From positions 25,916,831 through 25,980,830 of the forward strand of contig NC_068982.1 of the NCBI RefSeq assembly GCF_001194135.2: a DNA stretch of 64,000 bases. The letters are read 5' to 3'. A program made the position numbers and the translations under genes. This stretch comes from Octopus bimaculoides (lineage: Eukaryota). The notes below the pieces were generated by a model that was not told the DNA's origin, did not search any database, and saw only the letters and a program-made list of their open reading frames with translations. This document shows, piece after piece, positions 1-14,008 of the stretch (position 1 is its first letter; every line of letters starts with the position of its first letter).

Positions 1-120
1 GCACTTCTGTTAGTGGAACCTACAGAAGGAGACAAAGGAAGATTTGGGATGAAGTGATGCAAACAGGCCTGAAGATGCAGCTCATGAAGGAGGTGATATA
101 GAAGACCTGTCTGAATACAC
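1..120 (+). mobile_element. RTE-clade LINE C-terminal remnant
   Basis: VSGTYRRRQRKIWDEVMQTGL resembles the RTE G.RGRPRKTW.EV motif, the same family as 55138-55700. Confidence 0.55.
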
Positions 121-631
121 CAAAACATACCTTGACATAAAGGTAGTGTTTTAGAAGCCATACATACACATACAGTGAACTCTATGGAAATGAGCATCTA
201 TAGTAACAAAAACCATGGAAACAAATGCTTTTCCATTAATTTTATAATGGATCTACTCATGGTAAAGAACAATTACCACAAAAAAAAAAAAGAAGTAAAA
301 ACTAAGGCAATGAAAGTTTACTTCAGTACCTTAAATGTTATCTTGAATTATTTCCCTTTTTTAAAGCACACTCTAAAATGTGACTGGCAATAAGACAGGC
401 ATCCAGCCATAGAAACTATGCCAGAAATGGAAAAAAAAAAAAAAAAAAAAAAAANNNNNNNNNNNNNNNNNNNNNNNNNNNNNNNNNNNNNNNNNNNNNN
501 NNNNNNNNNNNNNNNNNNNNNNNNNNNNNNNNNNNNNNNNNNNNNNNNNNNNNNNNNNNNNNNNNNNNNNNNNNNNNNNNNNNNNNNNNNNNNNNNNNNN
601 NNNNNNNNNNNNNNNNNNNNNNNNNNNNNNN

Positions 632-691
<60 letters not shown>

Positions 692-794
692 ACAAGTGTA
701 TTTATGTGTATGTATGCATATATGTGCTTGTATCAGTCTATATACATGTGTGTTTGTGTATTATGTGTGTACATATATGTAAAATGTAACTAAC

Positions 795-995
795 CTTGGT
801 CTCTTAACAATTTAACATATGTCATTACATTTTCAACATAACGTCCAGGCTCATAGTTGTCCATTTCTGCAATTACAACATTGGTTACACGAGCTGCTCG
901 CCCTCGAATGGCACCAGCTGTTCTATCTAAGTTATCAGCATCTTTGTTTTGTAATGCAATAACACATTGGTTCACATCTTCTAAGATATGGTTTT
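795..995 (-). CDS. CTNNA: alpha-catenin coding exon 12 (E-NHILEDV...LDRTAGAIRGRAARV...LLRDQ; 201 nt)
   Basis: Acceptor atttcag, donor G|GTTAGT, phase 1-1. Confidence 0.96.
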
Positions 996-3142
996 CTGAA
1001 ATAGAAATTAAAAATAAGAATTTTATTTTGCAACAATCCTTTCTACTATAGGCACAAGGCCTGAAATTTTGCTGGGAGAGGTTAATCGCTTGCATTGACC
1101 CCAGTGATCAACCAGTAATCTGTTTATTGAAATTAGAGAACCAAATACAAACTCAACCTTGGTGATGTTTGAAATCAGAACATATAAGAAAGATGAAATG
1201 CTAGGCTGCATTTTGTCTGGCATGTTAATGATTCTGTCAGCTCACCACATTATTTCATGTAATTAGAATAGATTTCAATCTAGGTACGTGGACAACAATT
1301 TTTAGAGAAAGGGCATTATTCAATTACACTAACCCCAATACCTCACTGGTTCTTTATCTTATGAACCTCAGAGTGATGGAAAACGAAACTGTCCTTGGCA
1401 TGATTTGAAACCAGAATATAAGTACTGCAAAAGCAATACCACAAAATATTTTGTCTGACACTAACAATTCTGTTAATCTTTCTTCTTCAAGCAGCCACAG
1501 AAGAATTGACAGAATCATTAATTGGCTCTATGTTCTGAATTCAAATCCTCCTAAAGTCTCATCTCATTTGTCCACAGCACTAATGATTCTGCCAATTCAG
1601 TGCATTTAATAATAGATTTTAATAGAAGCAAATGACCAGAAATTTTGGGGAAGCAGTTAGTTGATCACCTAAACTTCATTGCATTACTTGTTCAGGTGAG
1701 AGTCAATTACATCAACCCCAGTACAAAGACTTCTACTTCATGCTATTGACTCTGGAGAGATAGAAAGTAAAGTTGGATGAGGCAGAATGCAATCTCAATG
1801 TAAAGAGTTTTCCAGTACCAGTCAAGAATTGGAATTGATATAACTGACTAAACCCCTCCCACAAAATTCTATCAAAATAATGCGGCCACCAAGCTCTTTT
1901 TGGTGTCTTTAGCAGAGCCCACTGTTTCAAACATTCAGATTAAATCTATGATCAGACAGAAATTTTATCTCAGGTCCACTGCTTCTTGCTTCAGCAAGCT
2001 ACAAATTGGTTTCTGTTTCCCTTCTTCCTAAACATGTCGGAGAAGTTTCACAAAAGCTCAAGGACATTAACCTTTCTTCTCTAAGTCATTAAAATCAAGT
2101 ATAATAAAGCTTAATATCTTTAATAAAGAGTTAATATCCAGTTTACAGACTGTGCTTAACAAGAATAAAAAAAACAAGCAGCACCAATGAAAGATGTATG
2201 AGCAATGATCCATTCGCAACATTTGTTTAACCAATATGAATGCTATTAAAAACTGTTTTAATTATACTACATCTTTTATAATTAAACATCAATCACTTGG
2301 TAATAAACCGACATTACATTTAGTGAAATATGCATGTCTGGTTACTAGCAAAACAAATCAATATTTCATCTACACTTAGCATTGATTTTTGCATTTTGGT
2401 GGTGATGGTAGTAGTGGTAGAGTCCTAAGTAATGTACTCAGATTATTTAAACTAATAATCCCAGAAAGAAGAAAAGAAAAAGTTGATCTTGGCAGAAAAC
2501 ACAGACACTGAATCTGGATGAGCCAATTCAACTTACTGAATATAGCAGCTATGCCTCCCTCAAATTACACAACCATATTCAAACAAAGAAAGGAAGGATG
2601 TATTGGATAAGGTAGTCCTTATTGTGCTGAACCAGAATATAAAACAAGATGGTCACAGATAGAATGCATTTGATCACAGGCCTAATTGATCAAGGCTGAC
2701 CTGAAGTTAAACAACAACAATAAGAAAGAACCTATGTACTGATGCTCAAGCATCCACTTTACTCCAACATTTTAACAGAAATTAACAAAACACTGAGATC
2801 ATATATGAAATATCAAAACTCCAATCTTTCCCCACCAATAGTGTAAACCTCTGAAACATTCTCATTGCCCATCTTTATTCCATCCATCATTAATAGATAA
2901 AATAAAAGTTCCAAACTGAACATTAATCTCAGCTTGTTACCTTCAAGTCTAAAGATGCTAAAACAAAGACTATGGCTGTTGTCCTTAATCCTAATAAGTT
3001 TTAAACTAGGAGTGTTGCCCACTAACAGATAGCACACACCTGCGTGCATGCACACCTACACACACAATCACACACCTACGCACATATTCAGACAATATAT
3101 GAAGTGACAAAACAAAATACAAAAAACACTTCAGTTAATTAC

Positions 3143-3299
3143 CTGACACAGCTAAGAAGTCATCAATAGTGGTAATATCATCAACAGCTTCAGTAAGGAG
3201 TTGTACTTGCTTCACCCATGCTTCTTTAAAGGTTGCCATGTTTTCTTGGGCTACTTTGGAATGTGAACGAGCTGCCAAGATTCTGGCAGCATTGATTAC
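3143..3299 (-). CDS. CTNNA: alpha-catenin coding exon 11 (VINAARILAA...DDITTIDDFLAVS-E; 157 nt)
   Basis: Acceptor attatag, donor G|GTAATT, phase 0 to 1. Confidence 0.96.
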
Positions 3300-3959
3300 C
3301 TATAATATCAACATGAGCATAACATTAACAAAAACGTTAACTAATTTAAAACATTTCAGGAAACCATTAATCACACAACATTTAATGAGTATCAATCACC
3401 CATAACATTTAATAAAAGCATCAATCATCCATGACATTTAGTATAAGCAATGATGAGGATGAGCCAATGACGGATCCTCTACGTGACCATTCAACTCATT
3501 AGCTCATCAAATCACACCTTACTTTCTAGGGAAAGACAGGCACAATGAATAATGTGACTCTAGAAATATTGTGCCTGGGAAAAAGAGTGATGTGATCATG
3601 GCTAGAATACTTTTGTTCAGAGGTCTGTTTGACTAGTTACTAAGCAAGTGGAGGAAGTTATCAAAGTTCTTGAGGCTCAATGTTAATCTATGAATGCACT
3701 GGTTTGTCAAATAAATACTAAGGTCCAAGAGCATTACTTTGCCAAGGCATCTATAGCACTGTTAAGGCAGCCCCACCTAAACAACAAAACCCCTATGCTG
3801 TTGCTTGGCCTACTATCAATAGCACTAAATTTCTTCACAACCTGCCACCTTAAAAAATAAATGTTAGATAATGAAATCCTAGATGTACAAAAAAAAGGGG
3901 GGGGGGTCATGATTAGAATACCTTTAATAACAAGTATGCTCAATCAAGGCTGACCTGGT

Positions 3960-4182
3960 AAATAACATAATGGTTTCAAATTTTGGCACAAGGCCAGCAG
4001 TTTTGGGGAAGAGCAAAGTTAATTAAATTAACCCCAGTGCTCAACTGGTACTTATTTTATCAAATCTGAGAGGATGAAAGGCAAAGCTAACCCAGTGGAA
4101 TTTGAACTCAAAATAAAAATGGGTGAAATACCACTACACTTTTTGCTGAGTGTGCTAACAATTCTGCCAGCCTGCCACCTTA
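3960..4182 (+). mobile_element. second dispersed repeat family (other copies ~1050-1250, ~18682-18916, ~19430-19530, ~29140-29250, ~32990-33100)
   Basis: Shared core accccagtg..caactggtact...gg.atttgaactcagaa...ttctgcca.c..gccacct. Confidence 0.75.
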
Positions 4183-4414
4183 AATAAAAAAAAATAAATG
4201 AAAAATACGTTTTGTTAAAAAAATTTTTTTAAAAGCCTTCCTCCACACATATACTGTTTATACATAATTAACACAAGGTGATTGTTGTTTAGCACCAGGT
4301 CATCCATGATCAAAAAAGCTTATGAAGATGTTCAAGCTTCATCCTCTTTTTAAGTCAGGTCTCCAGGGTTAATTCTACTGTGGTTTGTTTTTGGAGCGTT
4401 GAAATGCATTGTAG

Positions 4415-4617
4415 AACAAGTAGAAAGATTTTTTTTTTTTTTCAACATGTAAAATACTGTATATATAAAGGATAAAATCTTTTCAAGAGCATAAAAATTT
4501 TGCCAGCAATCATAGCTGGTTGCTGACAAATTTTTGGGGTCTTAAAAGGATTTTATCCTTTATATATACTGTTCAGTGTTTACGTGTTGAAAAAAAATAT
4601 ATATCTTTCTACTTGTT
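4415..4617. repeat. ~200-bp imperfect palindrome (MITE-like foldback)
   Basis: aacaagtagaaagat...tatatataaaggataaaatc...tgccagcaa versus ttgctgaca...gattttatcctttatatata...atctttctacttgtt. Confidence 0.85.
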
Positions 4618-4807
4618 TTACTCCTTTTAATATAGCAGCTACTGTTTCGAAATGTAAGTAAATCTTTGGACAGCATGCCCCAAGAATAAAGAAACAATGG
4701 CCTTGGCTTCAATACTCATTGAAGATTTCTTCATAGGTATACTCAACCAAAACTGATCAGAGCTACGCAACAAGAGTCAAAATGGCTGAATAATTAATAA
4801 TACTTAC

Positions 4808-4900
4808 TTGGGGGCAGAGACTTTCTATTTCAGCTGCAGCAATACGAACCATCTTGACACCTTCTTCATTGCTGGACATTGAACAGGCAAGATTAGCTAC
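4808..4900 (-). CDS. CTNNA: alpha-catenin coding exon 10 (VANLACSMSSNEEGVKMVR...LCPQ; 93 nt)
   Basis: Absent from the ORF track and translated by hand. Acceptor tctttag, donor CAA|GTAAGT. Confidence 0.96.
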
Positions 4901-5773
4901 CTAAAGACAAGACATGGTTAATTGAATGAGTATGATACACATGATTATGGAAAACTAGTCACCTGGATTGGAAAGACAGAGACCAAGATATATTGAGAAA
5001 GTGGAAGATTGTAACAGAGATAGATGTAACAATGAAGGAGCTGGTAGGAAACAAGTCACTGACCACTTGTGATAGATGTAACAACAAATGAATGAAAAGG
5101 ACTGATAAAGTAAGTGAATACATGAGTAACCATGATTGAATATGATGGATAATGTATGAATGAATGGTGTAAGAAAAGACTGAGCTAACGTAACTGAACA
5201 TAATAATGTGTGAATTAATGAATAATGTAACAAAAGATTGAGCAAACAAATGTGATTGATATAAAGGGAAATTAACGAATCAATGATTATAACTAATGAA
5301 GAAAATAAATGAGAAATAAACATGACTGAGAAAGAAAGAATGATTGAGAGAAGGAGTAAATATGATCAAGGTAAGAAGTAAAGAGTGAAAAATGACTGCT
5401 GCTACATGAAACAAATGAATGTAAATGATATGGTAAAATGACTAAATGATGGTTTGAAATGTAAGAAATGTGAAAATAGAATGAATGAAGATTAATGAGT
5501 TAATGAGTGCGTGTGTCAGAAATGAGTGAATAAATCTGTAACTAATGCAGGCAATGAATAAATATACATTCAACAGTAGTGGAAAAAATTATTATAGAGA
5601 ATGAATTAGAAAGCTTGCTTAAATGTATAAAAATAAAAACAAAATTAAAAAAAAAACAGGGAAAGGGATGAAAAATTTATAATGCTTTATTGAAATATTA
5701 ATCCTTATAAAAAAAACTGGGCTGATGGATCATACCACCATTTTTATGCTAGGAAGATGATTAGGTGTTGTTT

Positions 5774-5808
<35 letters not shown>

Positions 5809-6932
5809 TGTGCGTGCACAAAAAGAGATTCTCAAAAGAATTTCATATAACATTGTTATTGTGCTGTTTCTCATAAATATGGTCAAGCAGTTGGCTTTCA
5901 TCAGCAAAAGGTTAAAAAGCCATATCCCTACAGTAATTTAGTGAAGGAAAGAAAATGTAATTGGTAATGTGTGTTATCACTGCTATCATAAATGCTCTGA
6001 ACAAAACATTTAAACAATCATCTAGTTAATAATAGCTGCAATAAATGTTGGTTGATTGAGCTTTCCAGTCATGTTTTACATTGTCTAGAAAGGTGGGGAG
6101 AGAGTAAAACGACAGACAGTTTATATAAAGGTGCCTGAGTCTGCATGCTTGGTTTGGTGGCAGGCAATGAGTAAGGAATGCTACACACTTGCTGACGCAC
6201 ATACACATACATACATACATACACACACAGTGAGAGAGAGACTCAAAAGTAGAGGTGTAAATGACACAGTAGTAATAAGAGGAGATCAAATATTGTAAAG
6301 ATAGGTTGATAAAGTAGATTATGTTTATGTTGATAACATTTAGAAAAATAACATTTAATGCAAATATACATATGAGAAGTTTGTTTTATTATATTTTAAG
6401 GATATAAGTTTTCTAAAATTACAATTCATTACACAATTTTGATAAAAGTTAAACTATATATATATTGGATGTATGCCTCATTTCTTAACATTACCCAGGT
6501 TGAAAAATATACTTTCAAAGTTCCCCATCATAAGACAGGTAATAAATAAAGGCCAACTCAGCTTAACACATATCTTTCTTTAAATGACACTCCTAAGATG
6601 AGCCACGGTTTGCAAGTGCTGAAATCTGGTTATACAGTAGGGAGCTGCACAGACCCATGATATACCTATTTACAGTGAACTGGCCTGAGCCATCTGAAAA
6701 TTATTAATACCTTAACCTAGAACAAATTCAAAGCCTACTCCTACTACACTGATCTCAAATGATTTCTGAACACATCAAAGTACAGCTTATCTAAATTGTC
6801 ACAGAAGCCTAACAGAATTCAAACTGAACCCTTCACTCATTACCCTTAACACCATTATAGTTTGATTTGCTGAGGTTCTTTTGTAAAATAGAAATCTAAA
6901 AAAATATTTAAAAAAACACAGCATTAAAGGTG

Positions 6933-6980
<48 letters not shown>

Positions 6981-9113
6981 TGTCAAAGTTTTGCCAATTC
7001 AGCTGTGTCTCCAATATTAAATTATACCCAAGCCAACAAGTTAAAGGAGTCCATGTGACTGTTCAACCAGCTAGAAATAGAAGCCAAGTCTCCCTAGTTA
7101 CCCCTAAAAACACAAGATGATTACAGCTAAAATATCTTCAATCAAAGGTTTGTTCACTGTGAGAGAGAAGACTGAAGAAGCAGAAAATGAGTAAAGGGTG
7201 AGGGTGTCTAAACTAATTGCAGCTTTTAAGTGACTACCAAAGAGAAAATTATGTAACAAGAATCAAGCCTCATTCATATATACTTTAGCAGACAGGAAAT
7301 ATTTAGCATATATCAATTATACAATCTCAACTGCCCCACTTTAACCCAGGAGCTCCTTGTATTTATTAACATAGTAATTATGGCGAAGCAACTATGAAAA
7401 CATCCGTTAGAATAATAGTGGAGGAACACTTAGAAATAATTACTATAATAACAGTAATAAAATTTTGTGAAGTATAATTTGTTTGCTTCAGTATTGGAAA
7501 GTGTTTTTTTTTTTAATGTCAATTTAAATATCAAATTATCAAATACAAGTGGAAACGAGATTTTCTTACATTTTTCAGAATGCAGTACCACAAATTTTTT
7601 ATCACCTAAACTCCAAAATAAGTGAGTTGTATTGTTGCCAATTTTGCTTAATCCTAGGTAAATCCGGAATAAGGAGACTTACGGTCAAAGATAGTAGCTG
7701 TGACCAATGTGTCTCTTTTCCAGACAGAAAGACACAATGTAGTCTTGGTTACATGCATTATTCAATGCCATTCATTGAAAACAATCACTTTAAACAATCA
7801 TTTTAATGTCTGTTATTCCATGCTCACATGACTGATATTGTTGAGGCAGATTTTCTACAGCCAGATACCCTTCTAGTTGCCAGCTTTCACCTATCTCCAA
7901 GTAAGATAACACTTCCCCATGACCAGACATTTTTACAGAAGACTAGAAATAAAACACTCGTTTACAACTATAATGTGATGAGAAGGCAAAGAGACAGTAA
8001 CACACACACACACACACACAAATGACTTTCCTCCTCAAGACATTCCCACTACCCACCATCTCTCTAACTACAGTATTCTGGTGCCATAATTAAATGGTAT
8101 AACTGCAGAGCTGACCAGTTTTCCTCCGATAACACACACACCATTCTTACTACTTGGAACTGGTTCACTTGTTATCCATCTTTCATTCTTAACACTGTTT
8201 CCAAATTTTTTACATCGATCACCCACAACCATATATCATCTTTCTCTTCTCTCTTCCCCTCCCCCTATCTAGTGTACCATTATTACTCTTCTGCAGTGCT
8301 TCACCCACCACCTTTTTTTTTTTTTTTGCAGTCAGTTATTTTCTATTCTCTCCTACCATATATGCATTATTGGTCACCCACCCCAACCCTTATCTACCAT
8401 TAATTACAACCACCTCTCAACCCTACCCAATTTCCAACCATCACCTACTTTTCCCTACCTCCCCTACTTATCGCCCTTAAATGCCTGTTCATTATATTCA
8501 TCCCCTCACCTTACAATCTATTCACCTACACTCTTTTCTATCCTCACACTTTGAGGTTCCACCTCAAAACCTCATCACCACTATTTTATCTCTTTCCAAC
8601 TCCACTTTTCTATAACACGAGTAGCCATGTAACTCTTCTACAACAAGAAACCTGTTCCATTCTGGAGCCTTCTCTCTTACTTCCACCTCTCATTTTCTAG
8701 TATGAAGCAACTGCATTCTTTCCATTCAGCCAAAGATGATTTTAGACTTGCAAGTTTCATGGTGACCTCACTGATGCTAATGCAATGACACAGAAAAAAA
8801 GTCACACCCAGTATGCACTGTAAAGTGGGTGGTGCTAAGAAAACCTTGTCAAAACAATCTTTTTGAACAATTAAAAAATTAATTCCTTTGAATATGAAGT
8901 GCTGTCAGCTGAGAAAGCAATCTTGCAATTAGCTCACTCAAATTTACCAAATAAAATGGTTGGCAAGAAAGGCATCCAGTTGTAGAAAACATTGGAGCTT
9001 AGAACAATTTTGTGGCTGGTTGGATCCTGTTAAACCATCAATCCATGCCAGCATAGACATTAAATGATATTGATGATAATAAGAACAGGAATTATGATAA
9101 TAATGATACATAC

Positions 9114-9266
9114 CTCTACAAGCTTATTAGCATGTTCAGTAAATATGACTGCAAACTCTTCTACTGCATTCTCATTACCAGCTTTGGCTGCTTCAATGAG
9201 CACAAGAAGAGGAACATTGGTTTCCAGAAAGGAATCAGATACATGATCCACAACAGCTTTCCGTAG
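9114..9266 (-). CDS. CTNNA: alpha-catenin coding exon 9 (LRKAVVDHVSDSF...HANKLVE; 153 nt)
   Basis: Acceptor tatacag, donor GAG|GTATGT. Confidence 0.96.
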
Positions 9267-9594
9267 CTGTATATAAAAAAAAAAAAGCATTTGAACAAAA
9301 ATCAATTAAGAAAACCTCATTACAAGACATATTTCAAACTTTATTATAAGACACATTTCAAAGTTACCAAAGGTATTGCAGTAGTAATACTTTATTTATT
9401 CATTACATGTATGACAGAGTATAAATATTTAAAGAGAAAAATTGGGTATATAGTACCGCACAAATGTCTTCGTAAACTATTGTAAATTACTAATTGCGTT
9501 TTTTACAGATGAAACATTGGCCCTGTTGGAGTCATTTCCATACCTAATATTTTGTAGTAGGGGTTCGGAATGAGAGGGGAAAAAGCGAGATGAC

Positions 9595-10593
9595 CACACA
9601 AAAGTTTTTAGCCACCTCACATAAACCAATCAAGATAGTGTTTTAAAACAGAAAAATGTTTATATTGAAAATTTATTACATAACGTTCATTTCAAGAAGT
9701 TACTGTACATTGTTAATATTTCATGTAGCTTTCCTTATCTTGAATAATTGGTTTAATGCTCCTGGGAATAGATGCGTACAAATCCTTCACCATTTTCACA
9801 GGTATGAGATGCTATTCTCTGTGGCTCCTACAACTCTTCAAGATTGCGTAGATTCTTCTGACAAACTCTTCTCTTTAGTTCTGTTCATATTTGCTCAATG
9901 ATATTTAAGTCAGGGCTCTGAGCTAGCCAATCTATCAATATGGTAACACTTTCATCAACTAGACTCTTGTGTTGCATGCGATCTCTGACATGGAGCTCCA
10001 TCATGCTGAAAAATTTCAACTTCATCCAAGTCTGGTATCAAATTGTCCTTCAGCAACTGGATGTATTTGGCACTATTCAAGTTACGGTCAATTTTAACCA
10101 ACTTTCTTTATGTATCCCCAAAGCATCAGACTCTTACCCTCAAACTTCACTGTATTCATTGTATAACATCGGTCATCTAGCTTTCTAATAAGTGAGAATT
10201 CGTCAGAAGGCCACCAGGAGAGCAAAATGACCCACTTTACACGATAAAAACAGTGAAGTTTGGGGGGTAAGAGTCAGGAGCTTTGAGGATACATAAAAAG
10301 TGACGGTACAAGAAAGTTGGTTAAAATTGATAGTAACTTGAACAGTGCCAAATACATCGAGTTGCTGAAGGACAATTTGATACTAGACCTAGATAAAGTT
10401 GAGATTTTTCAGTATGACAGAGCTCCATGCCACAGATGGTGTGCAACACAACAGATCCTAGCTGATGAAGGTGCTACTGCATTGAAAGATTAGCCAACTC
10501 AGAGCCCTGACTTATATATCATCAAACAAATGTGGACAGTACTAAAGAGAAGAGTTTGCCAGAAGAATCCATGCAATCTTGAGTTGTGGGAGC
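9595..10593. mobile_element. two head-to-head Tc1 transposase 3' fragments (foldback)
   Basis: The minus copy translates QSPDLNIIEQI*TELKRRV...KY* followed by a Tc1-like end. The plus copy translates NLNSAKYIELLKDNL...FQYDRAPCH...QSPDL. Inverted arms ~9824-10176 and ~10227-10593. Confidence 0.8.
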
Positions 10594-11751
10594 TCAGTCA
10601 CAGACCTAGATACACAAAGGCCCAAGAGAATTACAGGTTAGTCATGGTTAGAATGCCTTTGATCACAGGTTTGTTCAGTCAGAGTCGGCCTGGAGCTAAA
10701 CAACAACAAAAAAGCTAATTGATCATATTTGTTATAAGTAAGACTAAAGAGTGATCTTGATATGGTCAGTTGACAGCAGAGTTGGTAAGCTATTCAACAT
10801 AAGCCTATGTCAGCTAAATCTATGAGCATTGGACAAATTCATTAGTGGTTTAGCTGTATATAAAATAATATCACTAGCACTTATGTGTCCATATAGTTTA
10901 TCCAGAACTAGTAATGTCTCACCACTTCCTTTTCCAACAACCATTATTGTATTTGTCAAATGAGATATATTTATCAAAACTGTCACACCTTAACCTGAAA
11001 GTTTGAGCCAAAAATATTAACTCTTTGTTAGTCACACAGGTGTGAGTTGTCACTAAATTTTTTTAAACATTTGTAATTTCTAGTTAGCTTATTTTTTTTG
11101 CTCCTTCCTCTACTCTTCTGACTCAGTGAGGGCCTATTGCAGGTGGTGTGGCACAGTCATGACTCAGTTGTCATGGGAGGTAGACATTTTTGTCTAGTCA
11201 CCCCATGTGACTAACACAGTTGAAGTTTTGATTTAAAGCATATTGTAACAAAGATTGCCCATTAAGTTACTTTTATGTTAATATTCATCATAGATATATA
11301 AAAAAACTCCACAAAATGGTGTATTCTGTGGGTATTTTCACACTAAATACGATCTGAATCTAAGATTTAAAAAAATTTTTCCTTAATTTTATAGATTTAT
11401 TTTATAGTATTGTTTTATGTTAATATCAATCAGCTACAAGGGTTTCAAACTTCTCAGCAGTGATTGCAGACATATCCTGAACCAACAGAATGAGTATATT
11501 TCACATAATACTAAAACTATAAACATTTTTGTATTGGGGTGTGTAAACACCCAATGTGACTAACCATGTTCAGAAAGATCAGGCAACTAACAAAAGGTTA
11601 ATTTCCAGCTGAAGCCAAATGTGCAAATCAGTTTCAATTTCATCTACTCCAGTAGTGTATTACTGGTATTTATTTAAATTATACTGGAAGGATGGACAGC
11701 AAAGTCGATTGAATGTAGATGTGAGACAAAATATGATTTTATCCCTTTCTC

Positions 11752-12353
11752 NNNNNNNNNNNNNNNNNNNNNNNNNNNNNNNNNNNNNNNNNNNNNNNNN
11801 NNNNNNNNNNNNNNNNNNNNNNNNNNNNNNNNNNNNNNNNNNNNNNNNNNNNNNNNNNNNNNNNNNNNNNNNNNNNNNNNNNNNNNNNNNNNNNNNNNNN
11901 NNNNNNNNNNNNNNNNNNNNNNNNNNNNNNNNNNNNNNNNNNNNNNNNNNNNNNNNNNNNNNNNNNNNNNNNNNNNNNNNNNNNNNNNNNNNNNNNNNNN
12001 NNNNNNNNNNNNNNNNNNNNNNNNNNNNNNNNNNNNNNNNNNNNNNNNNNNNNNNNNNNNNNNNNNNNNNNNNNNNNNNNNNNNNNNNNNNNNNNNNNNN
12101 NNNNNNNNNNNNNNNNNNNNNNNNNNNNNNNNNNNNNNNNNNNNNNNNNNNNNNNNNNNNNNNNNNNNNNNNNNNNNNNNNNNNNNNNNNNNNNNNNNNN
12201 NNNNNNNNNNNNNNNNNNNNNNNNNNNNNNNNNNNNNNNNNNNNNNNNNNNNNNNNNNNNNNNNNNNNNNNNNNNNNNNNNNNNNNNNNNNNNNNNNNNN
12301 NNNNNNNNNNNNNNNNNNNNNNNNNNNNNNNNNNNNNNNNNNNNNNNNNNNNN
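11752..12353. other. assembly gap (largest). Others: 455-631, 20707-21140, 26048-26165, 31778-31834, 34402-34436, 57264-57595, 59427-59849
   Basis: Runs of N, mostly flanked by microsatellites or repeats. Confidence 0.99.
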
Positions 12354-12434
12354 GTGAGTGAGTGAGTGAGTGAGTGAGTGAGTGAGTGAGTGAGTGAGTG
12401 AGTGAGTGAGTGAGTGAGTGAGTGTGTGTGTGTG
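12354..12434. repeat. (GAGT)n then (GT)n microsatellite at a gap edge
   Basis: Directly visible. Confidence 0.97.
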
Positions 12435-12997
12435 TTATAGATAGAACATTTATTACATTCCACAAAACAAATTATCTGAAAAAAATGTTTGTATTCATAG
12501 CTCTTGAGAATAGCATACAGCACCATTTGTTTTAGTTTACTTCCTGGCAGACAAAAACCAAGTTATTTATTGTTTTATATATATTTGTATGTCTGTGTGT
12601 AGAGAGAGAGAACAAGAGATATGTATCCATATAGAGAGGAGGAGGTTACTACTAAATCCATTGTCTTCCTTGTTGGAGGCCAAATCAGTCTAGGAGAGCT
12701 TCAACAGATTATTGGCTGTTATAAAGAATAAGTTAGGTGAAATAGCTAAGCTGACCATCAAGCTGATCTTGCAAGAACTAGACTCGTATTCCATTCACTA
12801 GTACACTTTTTTCCTACATTGTAATTTATTTTCTTCCCTAGAGTAATATTTTTAATTTGGCAGTCATGTAGTTTATTTTTATGAATATTATTTTAGTTTT
12901 AGCAATGAAGATTAATGATTTCTACTAAAGAATGATTAGAATGTCAGCACTATATTTATTTGAAAAGAAAATGCACATTCAGGCATACACACCTCTC

Positions 12998-13047
<50 letters not shown>

Positions 13048-14008
13048 TATATATATATATATATATATATACCCATCATTTCATCATAAAATTCAGTTTT
13101 AAATTTTGGTTAATGAAAGTTTGTAGATTGGTTGTTATATTTATTAGTAATATATTTACATTTCAAAATGGCCACCCCTATTTTATGTTTAAATAATTGT
13201 TAAATAATTATGCTTAAATAATGGGTAAATGTGATGCTGCACCCAGTACATATATGTATGCATTCACTATGTGTACTCCAGTTTTAAAATAGGTAGATGA
13301 CTGGTGTAAAAAGTGACTCAAATGGTTGGCATCAGAAAGGGTATCAAGCCTCAAAAAGCTTATGTATGTGTGTAAATACACAATATATACATATTCACAG
13401 TCAGTCATTCAATTTATGTCCATAGTTCTTCACTTATGGTTGGGGCAAGTACATGACTGAGGCAGTATAAATATTGCTAAAGCCTTTTCTTGTTAAGTCT
13501 TTCCTATTTTGCAAGAAAGGGCACTTTTATTTCACAACATTGAGTGTGCAGAACTATGAGGTGTAAATACAAAACACTTTTCTTTCTTCACTCAGTCTCA
13601 TTGGAGTAAAGCAGAAATGAGAAATTTTCATATGCACACTTGCCCTCCGTCAGTTCTACTCACAAAGTAATGGTGAGCTCAAGGCAATAACAGAAGACAC
13701 TTGCATGAGGTGCCATACAGTGAGACTGAACCTAATATGTGGTTGTAAAGCAAACTTCTTAGCCATGCAAACATACTTGTTTATAATCTCTCTCTCATTA
13801 TATATATATATATACACATACACACACACTGGAAAGTAATACATTTGTATTGCAATATTTTATTTATTTATATATATATATAATTTGCCATCCTTAAACA
13901 CCATAAGTAACAAGAGCAACAGAAAAATCATAAACAAACAACACCAACAACAAAAACAGAAATACATAAAAATGATTTATTCATAGTTTGTCAAGGAAAT
14001 ATCCTTAC

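Noticed and set aside
1-200. Possible next alpha-catenin exon at the left edge (a tag acceptor near 20 and a 67-nt AG-GT segment at 131-197)
   Set aside because: Neither translates to the expected VMPRF-like sequence in phase 1. The 67-nt segment has an in-frame stop, and the plus strand reads as an RTE remnant.
348-789. ORFs made of YI/CV/TH/ER repeats or X runs throughout the ORF track
   Set aside because: They are translations of microsatellites and N-gaps.
8040-8620. C/T/A-rich low-complexity tract (similar one at 48380-48720)
   Set aside because: It is a degenerate simple repeat without periodic structure, ORF or recognisable motif.
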